A DNA stretch of 62,969 nucleotides, the filler included, from Octopus bimaculoides (lineage: Eukaryota), in the NCBI RefSeq assembly GCF_001194135.2. It is 5 parts of 5 records of this genome, joined end to end, with 100 filler letters (N's around TTAATTAATTAA, not from the genome) between each part and the next. Parts side by side here need not be neighbours in the genome. Positions count along the whole stretch, not along the records: positions 49,850 to 61,846 come from NC_069000.1; positions 61,947 to 62,969 come from NW_026428352.1; 3 more parts are not named here. One strand, 5' to 3'. Both the position numbers and the translations under genes were made by a program. The number at the start of each line of letters is the position of its first letter. The stretch's first letter is position 1. Positions 53,052-62,969 of this stretch are shown here, in pieces. Below the pieces are notes generated by a model. That model had not been told where the DNA came from and made no database searches. It was given only the letters and a program-made list of their open reading frames with translations.

Positions 53052-53679
53052 TATGTTATTACTGGAAAACGCCCACCCCCAAAGACCTANNNNNNNNNNN
53101 NNNNNNNNNNNNNNNNNNNNNNNNNNNNNNNNNNNNNNNNNNNNNNNNNNNNNNNNNNNNNNNNNNNNNNNNNNNNNNNNNNNNNNNNNNNNNNNNNNNN
53201 NNNNNNNNNNNNNNNNNNNNNNNNNNNNNNNNNNNNNNNNNNNNNNNNNNNNNNNNNNNNNNNNNNNNNNNNNNNNNNNNNNNNNNNNNNNNNNNNNNNN
53301 NNNNNNNNNNNNNNNNNNNNNNNNNNNNNNNNNNNNNNNNNNNNNNNNNNNNNNNNNNNNNNNNNNNNNNNNNNNNNNNNNNNNNNNNNNNNNNNNNNNN
53401 NNNNNNNNNNNNNNNNNNNNNNNNNNNNNNNNNNNNNNNNNNNNNNNNNNNNNNNNNNNNNNNNNNNNNNNNNNNNNNNNNNNNNNNNNNNNNNNNNNNN
53501 NNNNNNNNNNNNNNNNNNNNNNNNNNNNNNNNNNNNNNNNNNNNNNNNNNNNNNNNNNNNTATTGACCTCGAACGGTATTATTTGAACTCAAAGCGCACA
53601 GTGTTGTAAAAAGTTCCACGAAGAATTTTACCCAACTTTCTTAACGGTTCTGATAATTCGTCGCCTGAAACTAGCAGGA

Positions 53680-54170
53680 GTGGTGATGGTGGTGGTGGTG
53701 GTGATGGTGGTGGTGGTGGTGGTGGTGGTAATGTTGATGCTGGAGCTGATGGTAGGGAGGGAGGTGCTGGGGACGGTGACGGTGGTGAAAGGTAGTGGTA
53801 GTGGTATTGGCGATGGAGGTGGTAGCGATGGTGGTAGTGGTGGTTGTGGCAATGTTACTGATGATGATGGTGGTGGTGGTAATGTTGTTGGTGGTGCTAG
53901 TGGTAGATGTGGTGGTGGGTGTGGTGATGGTCGTGGTATGGGTTTTATTACGATTTTGAAGAAGAAAAAAAAAACATTATGATAAGAATGACAACAGCAA
54001 AGAGAATGGTAGTGAAGTAGACAAAGGAAAGAAAGACAAGGGAAAAGCGAGTAAAAAGGAAAAGAAAAAGGTAAAGAATATGAAGCAAAGGGAGGAGAAG
54101 GAGGAGGAGGTGGTTGTGTGTCATGATTGTTACCGATGAAGATGATTATAATGATGTCAGCACTGCGGGG
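53680..54170. repeat. Degenerate (GGT)/(GAT)/(GGA) low-complexity tract
   Basis: Direct reading. Confidence 0.85.
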
Positions 54171-54535
54171 AAGGTGAAGGGAAACTATATATATNNNNNN
54201 NNNNNNNNNNNNNNNNNNNNNNNNNNNNNNNNNNNNNNNNNNNNNNNNNNNNNNNNNNNNNNNNNNNNNNNNNNNNNNNNNNNNNNNNNNNNNNNNNNNN
54301 NNNNNNNNNNNNNNNNNNNNNNNNNNNNNNNNNNNNNNNNNNNNNNNNNNNNNNNNNNNNNNNNNNNNNNNNNNNNNNNNNNNNNNNNNNNNNNNNNNNN
54401 NNNNNNNNNNNNNNNNNNNNNNNNNNNNNNNNNNNNNNNNNNNNNNNNNNNNNNNNNNNNNNNNNNNNNNNNNNNNNNNNNNNNNNNNNNNNNNNNNNNN
54501 NNNNNNNNNNNNNNNNNNNNNNNNNNNNNNNNNNN

Positions 54536-54569
<34 letters not shown>

Positions 54570-54664
54570 GTGCGTAGTTGATTGTGTATGTATCACCCTG
54601 TGTGTATATATGTGTGTGCGTGTGTGTATGTGCGTAGCTGATTGTGTATGTATCACCGTGTGTG

Positions 54665-54697
<33 letters not shown>

Positions 54698-55289
54698 ATT
54701 TAGGGGTGTTTGTGCTTGACCGTGTGAATATATGTCTATAGGAATTAGGGCTGGGGTTGCGTGTACGGTTTACTTCTATTTGGTTGTATGTGTAGTTGAT
54801 CGAGTGTATATGGGGTGTTGTATACACTCGCATATACACACACCTATAAATTCATACGTACATACATACATACATACATATATACAGACAGACAGAGAAA
54901 TTAGGCTTCTCAAAACCAGAAAGGAGAAAGCTGATTCGAAAACTACAGATCCAAGCCATCACTGGAACTGTAAAGATCTGTAAAACTTCCCAGAAGTTTA
55001 TCATTTAAGTATATATGAGCATGTCTAGACATGCAACTATATGCATGAGAATATATACATAAAACAAAACATACAAATCGGCCATACATACATACAGCCG
55101 AAATTGCAAAGATAATCTGGAACTCGACTGAGGAAAGAAAACTCCGAATGACACGTCCTTGTTTTTTCCTGTCCCTTTTTTGTATCACCTTTCTGGATGT
55201 TTTGTTGTCCCTTTTTTGTATCATCTGACTGTCTGGATGTTTTGCCTTCTTGTCCCATTTTTTGTATTCCGTTTTATATACATTCATAC

Positions 55290-55479
55290 TTTGTTGATGT
55301 TGAAATTCCAATGAAGGAGCCTACTGCACTCTTTCGCCCCAACTTTCTCTCACTCTTTCTTCCTGTTTCTTGAGTAACACTGCGATGGACTGGCGTCCCG
55401 TCCAGCTGGGGGGAACACATACGCCAGAGAACCCGGGAAACCGGGCCCATGAGCCTGGCTAGGCTTTAAAAGGGCGCAT
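55290..55479 (+). mobile_element. Probable SINE fragment (third family)
   Basis: Contains CTGCGATGGACTGGCGTCCCGTCCAG (55380-55405), a motif I recall from the central domains of several animal SINEs, followed by CCGGGAAACCGGGCCCATGAGCC. Family assignment unverified. Confidence 0.5.
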
Positions 55480-55499
55480 AGTAATAAATACCAAACTTA

Positions 55500-55835
55500 T
55501 ACCTGGATGTAGCCTAACGGGATATGGAACGAATTAGGCTCGACATCAAAAACCAATGCCTGGATTCGATAGCATTCGAGAGTCAACATCATAAGATCCA
55601 CCAAGGAGAACAAATATAGATGGGTAGGCCACGTCACGTGACTGAAGGACAACAGATGGACAATCAGGGTGACGAATGTGGATTTCAAGATAATGGACAA
55701 GATCAAGAGACCGACGAAGAACAAGATGGCGAAATGGTCGCACCCGCTATCTGGGGTCTACATGTCCACGACTGGTCAAAGACAGACAGCGGTGGAAGGA
55801 CTCGAGGGAGCACGTTCTCCTTCAGGAGTGATGAG
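55500..55835 (+). pseudogene. RTE-clade non-LTR retrotransposon ORF 3' end
   Basis: VA*RDMER...KTNAWIR*HSRVNIIRSTKENKYRWVGHVT*LKDNRWTIRVT...DRQRWK matches the RTE C-terminal N.WIR...V.DI...K..KWRWAGHV.R..DNRWT..VT and DR..W motifs. Confidence 0.85.
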
Positions 55836-56258
55836 ACCCCAGATAGGGATAAGAATACCTGCATATGTATTAACAGAGGTAGGGACAAGGCATAACCAAC
55901 TGACCGGGTTACGCTAAAACCTAAGTGGCGTAATGGAGTGACACAAGACCTTTCGCTTTGTATATAGTATTAGCTGAAACAAAATAACATTGGAGATGTG
56001 CAAATATAAGTTAATTACATGTGTTGTAACCACACAGCTGCGGTGTCACTATTGCTAATTTGTCCACATTTTGAGGTCTAGTAAGGGTGTAGGGGGTTCT
56101 TTTTTACATTTTCGTCATAAACCTGTATCATTTCCGTTGTTATAGATTTATTTTCGCTGTATCTCGTATTTCAACCTTCTCAACCGACATCCAGTCTGTG
56201 ACGTCATGCTCACATTTTAATTATATATATATACATTCATACGTACACACACACAGAC

Positions 56259-56294
<36 letters not shown>

Positions 56295-57061
56295 TATGTG
56301 CAGTAAGGTTGCTCTTATTCTGAAGAGATCTTAGAACTATTTCATATAGAATTCAGAACGTCCGTTTAATACCAGAACTTTATGCATACATACATACATA
56401 CATACATACATACACACACACATATATATATATATATATGAGAGGATGCTTCTTTGTATCAAATATCGGCACTCCTATTTCCGATATTGATACTCGAAAA
56501 TGGAAAAAAGAATATATATANNNNNNNNNNNNNNNNNNNNNNNNNNNNNNNNNNNNNNNNNNNNNNNNNNNNNNNNNNNNNNNNNNNNNNNNNNNNNNNN
56601 NNNNNNNNNNNNNNNNNNNNNNNNNNNNNNNNNNNNNNNNNNNNNNNNNNNNNNNNNNNNNNNNNNNNNNNNNNNNNNNNNNNNNNNNNNNNNNNNNNNN
56701 NNNNNNNNNNNNNNNNNNNNNNNNNNNNNNNNNNNNNNNNNNNNNNNNNNNNNNNNNNNNNNNNNNNNNNNNNNNNNNNNNNNNNNNNNNNNNNNNNNNN
56801 NNNNNNNNNNNNNNNNNNNNNNNNNNNNNNNNNNNNNNNNNNNNNNNNNNNNNNNNNNNNNNNNNNNNNNNNNNNNNNNNNNNNNNNNNNNNNNNNNNNN
56901 NNNNNNNNNNNNNNNNNNNNNNNNNNNNNNNNNNNNNNNNNNNNNNNNNNNNNNNNNNNNNNNNNNNNNNNNNNNNNNNNNNNNNNNNNNNNNNNTATAT
57001 ATATAAGAGAAATAGGAAGAGAATGCGAGAGGAGATGGGGAGGTAACTGGGAGCTTGAATG

Positions 57062-57115
<54 letters not shown>

Positions 57116-57609
57116 GGAGAGAGAAAGAGAGAGAGAGAGAGAGATGGTGGGAGAAAGAACGAAAAGAAGAAAAGAAAGAAAGGAAGATGGAATCAAAATG
57201 ATATTGCCCACGTATATTACTTGTTTATATACAAGTCACCCAGAGAATAATTTAGACATCTAAAAGATCTTAACAGTCAAGTTCTTAATCCACTACTGCA
57301 GTTAGTTGCATCTCTGAGTACGAAACGTAATTCTATACATTCTGTTCGTTACTTAGCAGTCGGGTATATAGATTTGAAATTCGGAACTCTTCTCACATTG
57401 ATAATGTCTGGAAACAGGCGCTAAACTATGATCTGTATAAAGGTTACAGATACTTGGATTTCTTTAACACACGTTATTATAAATATTTCTTGATATCAGA
57501 AATTCTATTTCGCGCTTCTCACATGTTTCCCAAGTCATTAGCTGAACAATGTAAAGACCATTTTTACAAACGGTATATATGTATGTGTGTGTGTGTGTAC
57601 GTGTTTCTG

Positions 57610-57801
57610 TTGTACCTGTATTTCAAAGGGGCCAGCCTTGTCACACTCTGTGTCGTGCTGAATATCCCCGAGAACTACGTTAAGGGTACGCGTGTCTGTG
57701 GAGTGCTCAGCCACTTGCACGTTAATTTCACGAGCAGGCTGTTCCGTTGATCGGATCAACTGGAACCCTCGACGTCGTAAGCGACAGAGTGCCAACAACA
57801 A
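57610..57801 (+). mobile_element. Probable retroposon 3' module ending in a short (CAA) tail
   Basis: GC-rich island ...GTGCTCAGCCACTTGCACGTTAATTTCACGAGCAGGCTGTTCCGTTGATCGGATCAACTGGAACCCTCGACGTCG...GTGCCAACAACAA, with hairpin GTTGATC-G-GATCAAC at 57746-57760. Single copy in the window. Confidence 0.45.
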
Positions 57802-58334
57802 TGTTTAAAAACAATAAATACTATATTGCGAGCTACGGTGGAAATCGAACCCTCAGCTATTTTGTTGCTAATGTTTGGTCTCAGTTACGAATATAAATTT
57901 CCTCCGGCACCGTCAAACACTTGAGTTTGCACCAACATACTAACATGCTAGTTAGCCTAATTTTTAGTTATTTTGTTTAGATATTTGTTCCTTTGATAAG
58001 TTTTACCAGAGTGTATCTCCTTCTTCTATTTATTGAGATAATGAGAAACAGATATTTTAACATTATATTGAGTTGATTATTTAATGAGCTTGAAATGTTC
58101 CACAAATATAAGCATTAAATAAAAACATACATGCGTAAAAGGAGACGAATAGAAAAAAAATGACACCAAAATAATTCGGTTAAATTATTACAAAATACGT
58201 CCGTCAGTAGACAAGAAACTGTGATGCTTTCTATCAATGTTTCTGAAAGTGAAAGCTACGAGAAAATTATGAGTTAACGAGAGATGTGCTGTCTCATTAA
58301 AATGTAATAATTTAATTTAGAAAAATTAAGTCAT

Positions 58335-58371
<37 letters not shown>

Positions 58372-58381
58372 TATATATATA

Positions 58382-58438
<57 letters not shown>

Positions 58439-59081
58439 AATACGAAATCATTTCTCAAACGTAATCTTTGTTTTTTATATATCGTAATATTAAAATTAAA
58501 CTGGCGGGCCTGGTTTGTAAAAAGACATGCGTTAGGCGATTTACAGAAAATTGTACATGCAGTTCCACGACAAAATAGTTTGCTAAAGACTGCTATATAA
58601 ATATATATATATGTGTATAAATATTTGCTTTTTGTATTAATGTCAAACATTGTTATACGGCCTTACCTTTGGGAGAAGAGTATCACCAATCACATCAGTT
58701 TTTGTAATTAAGTGGTATCGTTTGTGTATACCTCCAGAGAAATGATAGGTAAAACGGACTTGATAGGATTTGAACTCAAGATATAACCATAAACCGAAAT
58801 ACAATGTGGTATATTTCCTCCAATCCACCGCATTTTGTTTTAGCTTTTGTGATATATTTTTTAAACCGGAAGCCCAAATTTCATTGCTATGAACGCAATG
58901 AAAATAGTGCATCCCATTTAACACTCTACTCATTGCAAAAGAGTTCGATTCTCACCTTTGTTTTAAACGCATTATCACATGCCATTGTATAGTAATGATA
59001 TTTTATAGAAATACAAACATGCAATATGTATTTTAAACTAATCTATTAAAATATCAAAAGGAAGAATTATTTAATGCGATA

Positions 59082-59125
<44 letters not shown>

Positions 59126-59984
59126 NNNNNNNNNNNNNNNNNNNNNNNNNNNNNNNNNNNNNNNNNNNNNNNNNNNNNNNNNNNNNNNNNNNNNNNNNNN
59201 NNNNNNNNNNNNNNNNNNNNNNNNNNNNNNNNNNNNNNNNNNNNNNNNNNNNNNNNNNNNNNNNNNNNNNNNNNNNNNNNNNNNNNNNNNNNNNNNNNNN
59301 NNNNNNNNNNNNNNNNNNNNNNNNNNNNNNNNNNNNNNNNNNNNNNNNNNNNNNNNNNNNNNNNNNNNNNNNNNNNNNNNNNNNNNNNNNNNNNNNNNNN
59401 NNNNNNNNNNNNNNNNNNNNNNNNNNNNNNNNNNNNNNNNNNNNNNNNNNNNNNNNNNNNNNNNNNNNNNNNNNNNNNNNNNNNNNNNNNNNNNNNNNNN
59501 NNNNNNNNNNNNNNNNNNNNNNNNNNNNNNNNNNNNNNNNNNNNNNNNNNNNNNNNNNNNNNNNNNNNNNNNNNNNNNNNNNNNNNNNNNNNNNNNNNNN
59601 NNNNNNNNNNNNNNNNNNNNNNNNNNNNNNNNNNNNNNNNNNNNNNNNNNNNNNNNNNNNNNNNNNNNNNNNNNNNNNNNNNNNNNNNNNNNNNNNNNNN
59701 NNNNNNNNNNNNNNNNNNNNNNNNNNNNNNNNNNNNNNNNNNNNNNNNNNNNNNNNNNNNNNNNNNNNNNNNNNNNNNNNNNNNNNNNNNNNNNNNNNNN
59801 NNNNNNNNNNNNNNNNNNNNNNNNNNNNNNNNNNNNNNNNNNNNNNNNNNNNNNNNNNNNNNNNNNNNNNNNNNNNNNNNNNNNNNNNNNNNNNNNNNNN
59901 NNNNNNNNNNNNNNNNNNNNNNNNNNNNNNNNNNNNNNNNNNNNNNNNNNNNNNNNNNNNNNNNNNNNNNNNNNNNNNNNNNNN

Positions 59985-60033
<49 letters not shown>

Positions 60034-60631
60034 CATACATATTTATATGATGGTACGAATTTTGTGTTAAAAATTGATATCACTAATATCTCAGTGATAT
60101 GAATGAGATCACGTTAAACACTTTTCACTTTAAATTTCCTTGGTGACACCAAGTCATTAATTACCAAATAAACAAACAAACAAACACAATAGTTCACTAA
60201 AAGACCTGATAGTGAACCCAATAGAGACGCACAACAGGGGCTTAACAAAACACTAACAACAATTGCAACAATTATAACATTAATCAAAAAGAAAGTGCTA
60301 ACATTTACAACTCCGATTGCATTCATTTACAAAAGGAAATTCAACAAAAGCCAATTTTCCACCCATCTCGGGTTTCCTTGTTGAGTTCGTTGTATTCTAA
60401 CCGCAAATTTTTCTGTACAAGAATACCAATTATATTTAGCGTTAGAGACAAAGTGAGTGCAGAATGTTTTCACTTTGGAGTTGTACTTGAGTTCTTGGTT
60501 TTATCCTTAATCTATCAAATTTGTTATCAAAGGGGTTCCAGTTGTAACCATCTCTAAGAAGCATGGAATATATATAAAAGTCAAAAATGAAACCTAAGCA
60601 AAATTAAACCATTTGGCGCAGGTATGGTTCA

Positions 60632-61080
60632 TATTGGCACGGGCTTGGCTGTGTCGTTAAGAAGCTTGCTTTGCAAGTGTTTGGTTTCGAGTTCAGTCCC
60701 ATTGCACAGCACCTTTGGTAAGTGTGTTCTACTAAAGCTCCAGGAGACCCACGATGTGTGAATAAATTTGGTGGGTGGAAACTGTGCAAAAGCCATAATA
60801 GATGCAACTATATATATATATGTGTGGTGCGTGCGAGCGTGAGTGTGTGTGTTTGTCGAACTCTCTCCACTCTACAACCGGTGTTGGTTTGTTTACATCC
60901 CTGTAACTTAACTGCTCGACAAAAGGGGCCAATAGAATAAGTACCAGGCTTAAATGAAAACAAATACTGAGGTCGCATAGTGAGACTAAAACCCTCTTCA
61001 AGGCGGTGCCCCAGCTTGGCCATAGTCCAAGTGACTGAAAAGAAATAATAAATGACAAAAACGCAAAAGATAAAGGATAA
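60632..61080 (+). mobile_element. Degenerate SINE family B copy
   Basis: TGGCTGTGTCGTTAAGAAGCTTGC...GAGTTCAGTCCCATTGC...CCTTTGGTAAGTGTG...GGAAACTG...AATAAGTACCAGGCTT...AAGGCGGTGCCCCAGC...TGACTGAAA, tail (GATAAAA)n. Confidence 0.8.
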
Positions 61081-61812
61081 AAGATTATTTGTGATTGATT
61101 TCAGAGAGATGTGATTGATATGTTTGCCATGATGTGTAACGACATGACGGGTCTGTCCAAAGCTCACATCATATTTAATTCCTTTAGTGTAAATATTTAA
61201 GTGTAGATGTAGACACAAAACATACAACCAAGATGTTGAAAAGTGAATAACCGAGAGAAAGTACATACTATATCTCATATGAATTTCATAACTAAATCCA
61301 AAGTTACATATTGATATATCTTGCATTATATTTTTGCATGTAGCGTGTATTCAATAATATTATGCTGCATGTATGCTACATGTAATGAATTTTCTGTATT
61401 GAATCCATATAAGTATTGAATCCATACCAGAGAACATGACACGGGATACATATACAGTAATGCAAATGTCTTCAAGTAATTTCAGTAATTAAGATACCAA
61501 AAGCGTTCGGTAATTAAATTTTGGTTTCATCTAAAACTATAATTAACTCTCTCATTATATGTTTATTTGTGTGTGTCCGTATAATATATATATATATAGA
61601 TGTGTGTGTGTGTGTGTATGTGTGTGTGTGCGTGTGTGTGTGTGTGTGTGTAATTCAATACAAGGGAACAAGTTCCTCTTATAGAGATGTCCTCCTGGGG
61701 CTAAAAGCAACAGTAACATCCACCCCTAGGGGTCAGCCACACTTAAGTGGCAATATACTACACTTTATCGTGCAGTTACTGTTAATACTTCATTTAGAGA
61801 ATTAACATTGCT

Positions 61813-61846
<34 letters not shown>

Positions 61847-61946
61847 NNNNNNNNNNNNNNNNNNNNNNNNNNNNNNNNNNNNNNNNNNNNTTAATTAATT
61901 AANNNNNNNNNNNNNNNNNNNNNNNNNNNNNNNNNNNNNNNNNNNN
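61847..61946. other. Artificial scaffold join: 44 N + TTAATTAATTAA + 44 N
   Basis: Same geometry as the other three. Confidence 0.92.
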
Positions 61947-62159
61947 CTGTTGCATCTGTCGTTTGATGACAGTTGCCGCCCTGATAAGTATTAGTATATT
62001 ACGAAGTCGTCAGTAAAATATTTCTCTCTGGCAATGTAAGACACCCAGTCGTACAGTGTTATTATCCTCAAAGGGTTGGAGCGTCATAACGTCCCCTCAG
62101 TATCACAGTATGATTACTGTGTCAGCACAGACACGATTATCAACACATTCTACACGTAC

Positions 62160-62608
62160 TCTTTGTATACCCTTAGAAACTGTTGGATCGTGACTTCGTC
62201 CGGGGCTTCCATATTAGCTTTCTGTACGGCTCTCTTAAAAGTGTCAACGAACCGTTCGGCCCTTCCATTCAATCTAGGTTTATACGGTGCTATAGTTTTA
62301 TGTTCTAAGAATCTCTTACAGAATCATTTAAGTTCACAGGATACAAACTGTGTTCCGTCTTCAGAGACAATTATATTCGGTACACCAAATCTTTCGAACA
62401 GCTCGTATATGAGGTTGGTCGTCTACACCTTGCGGCCTCAGGCCATTTTTTATAGCTGTCCACTACTATTGAGTAATAATATCCATTTACCGGGCCTGCA
62501 AAATCGATATGCAATCGGGACCGTGGTATTTTCTCTTCCGGCCACTTTGTAGTAGGTTCAAACTTTGTAGCAGATAGCTTCGCTGCCAGCGCACATCCTC
62601 TATATACA
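62160..62608 (-). pseudogene. Ty3/Gypsy LTR retrotransposon integrase core fragment
   Basis: Manual translation gives RGCALAAK...KWPEEKIPRSRLHIDFAGPVNGYYYSIVVDSYKKWPEA, frameshift, LFERFGVPNIIVSEDGTQFVS...*FCK...HKTIAPYKPRLNGRAERFVDTFKRA. This includes the D (HIDFAGP), the second-acid region (SDNG>SEDG) and the E (NG.AER) of the DDE core. Confidence 0.9.
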
Positions 62609-62616
62609 CTATTTAG

Positions 62617-62757
62617 TAGTGCTTAATTTCTTGACCCCGAGAGGATGAAAGGCAAATTCGGCCTCGGCGGAATTTGAACCCAGAACGTGAAGACACGAAA
62701 TAATGGTGAGCATTTCATCCGGCGGCCTGCTAACGATTCTGCCAGTTCACCGCCTTA
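62617..62757 (-). mobile_element. SINE family A, 5' two-thirds, abutting the integrase fragment
   Basis: TTGACCCCGAGAGGATGAAAGGCAAATTCGGCCTCGGCGGAATTTGAACCCAGAACG...GCTAACGATTCTGCCAGTTCACCGCCTT followed by (ACT)n(AAT)n. Confidence 0.88.
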
Positions 62758-62779
62758 CTACTACTACTACTACTACTAC

Positions 62780-62810
<31 letters not shown>

Positions 62811-62844
62811 TNNNNNNNNNNACTACTACTACTACTACTACTAC

Positions 62845-62878
<34 letters not shown>

Positions 62879-62969
62879 TATAATAATAATAATAATAATA
62901 AAGCTCCTACTCTGCGAAACTTGGAAATGTATAAAATAGCTCCTACTCTGCGAAACTTTTTATCTGTAA

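Noticed and set aside
57830-57900. Minus-strand GGGTTCGATTTCC B-box as a tRNA gene
   Set aside because: No cloverleaf or clear A-box; at most a decayed SINE head.
62755-62960. Repeated (ACT)n(AAT)n around a 10-N gap and the duplicated AGCTCCTACTCTGCGAAACT
   Set aside because: The first looks like a contig-overlap artefact; the second is a short local duplication with no supportable function.

Overview
This is AT-rich, microsatellite-saturated, gap-ridden eukaryotic (animal) non-coding DNA. I found no intact host gene, rRNA, tRNA or CRISPR array. The SINE families and repeat landscape match what I recall from octopod cephalopods; this is recognition from memory, not a database result. The window is a graveyard of decayed transposons: (i) R4/Dong-type restriction-like-endonuclease (RLE) non-LTR fragments at 2.6-3.0, 14.3-15.1, 21.6-21.8 and 34.4-34.8 kb; (ii) Tx1/L1-type fragments at 29.5-30.0, 34.8-35.25 and 49.25-49.75 kb; (iii) an RTE 3' end at 55.5 kb; (iv) two Helitron RepHel fragments, at 22.9-24.0 kb (with six 23-aa repeats) and 47.4-48.2 kb (with a canonical hairpin+CTAG end); (v) a Gypsy integrase fragment at 62.2-62.6 kb; (vi) two mariner-derived miniature elements; and (vii) over 20 copies of two tRNA-derived SINE families, often in head-to-tail arrays separated by (TAA)n. 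Most of these coding relics are missed by the supplied ORF track, whose long ORFs are nearly all microsatellite or N-gap artefacts. The most interesting items are a minimal type I hammerhead ribozyme motif (2525-2570, minus strand), a possible TAA-targeting retroelement guild, and a SINE tail that resembles the local Tx1 3' end. Four 44N-TTAATTAATTAA-44N blocks are artificial scaffold joins, and a 336-bp exact duplication around a 10-N gap is probably an assembly artefact.
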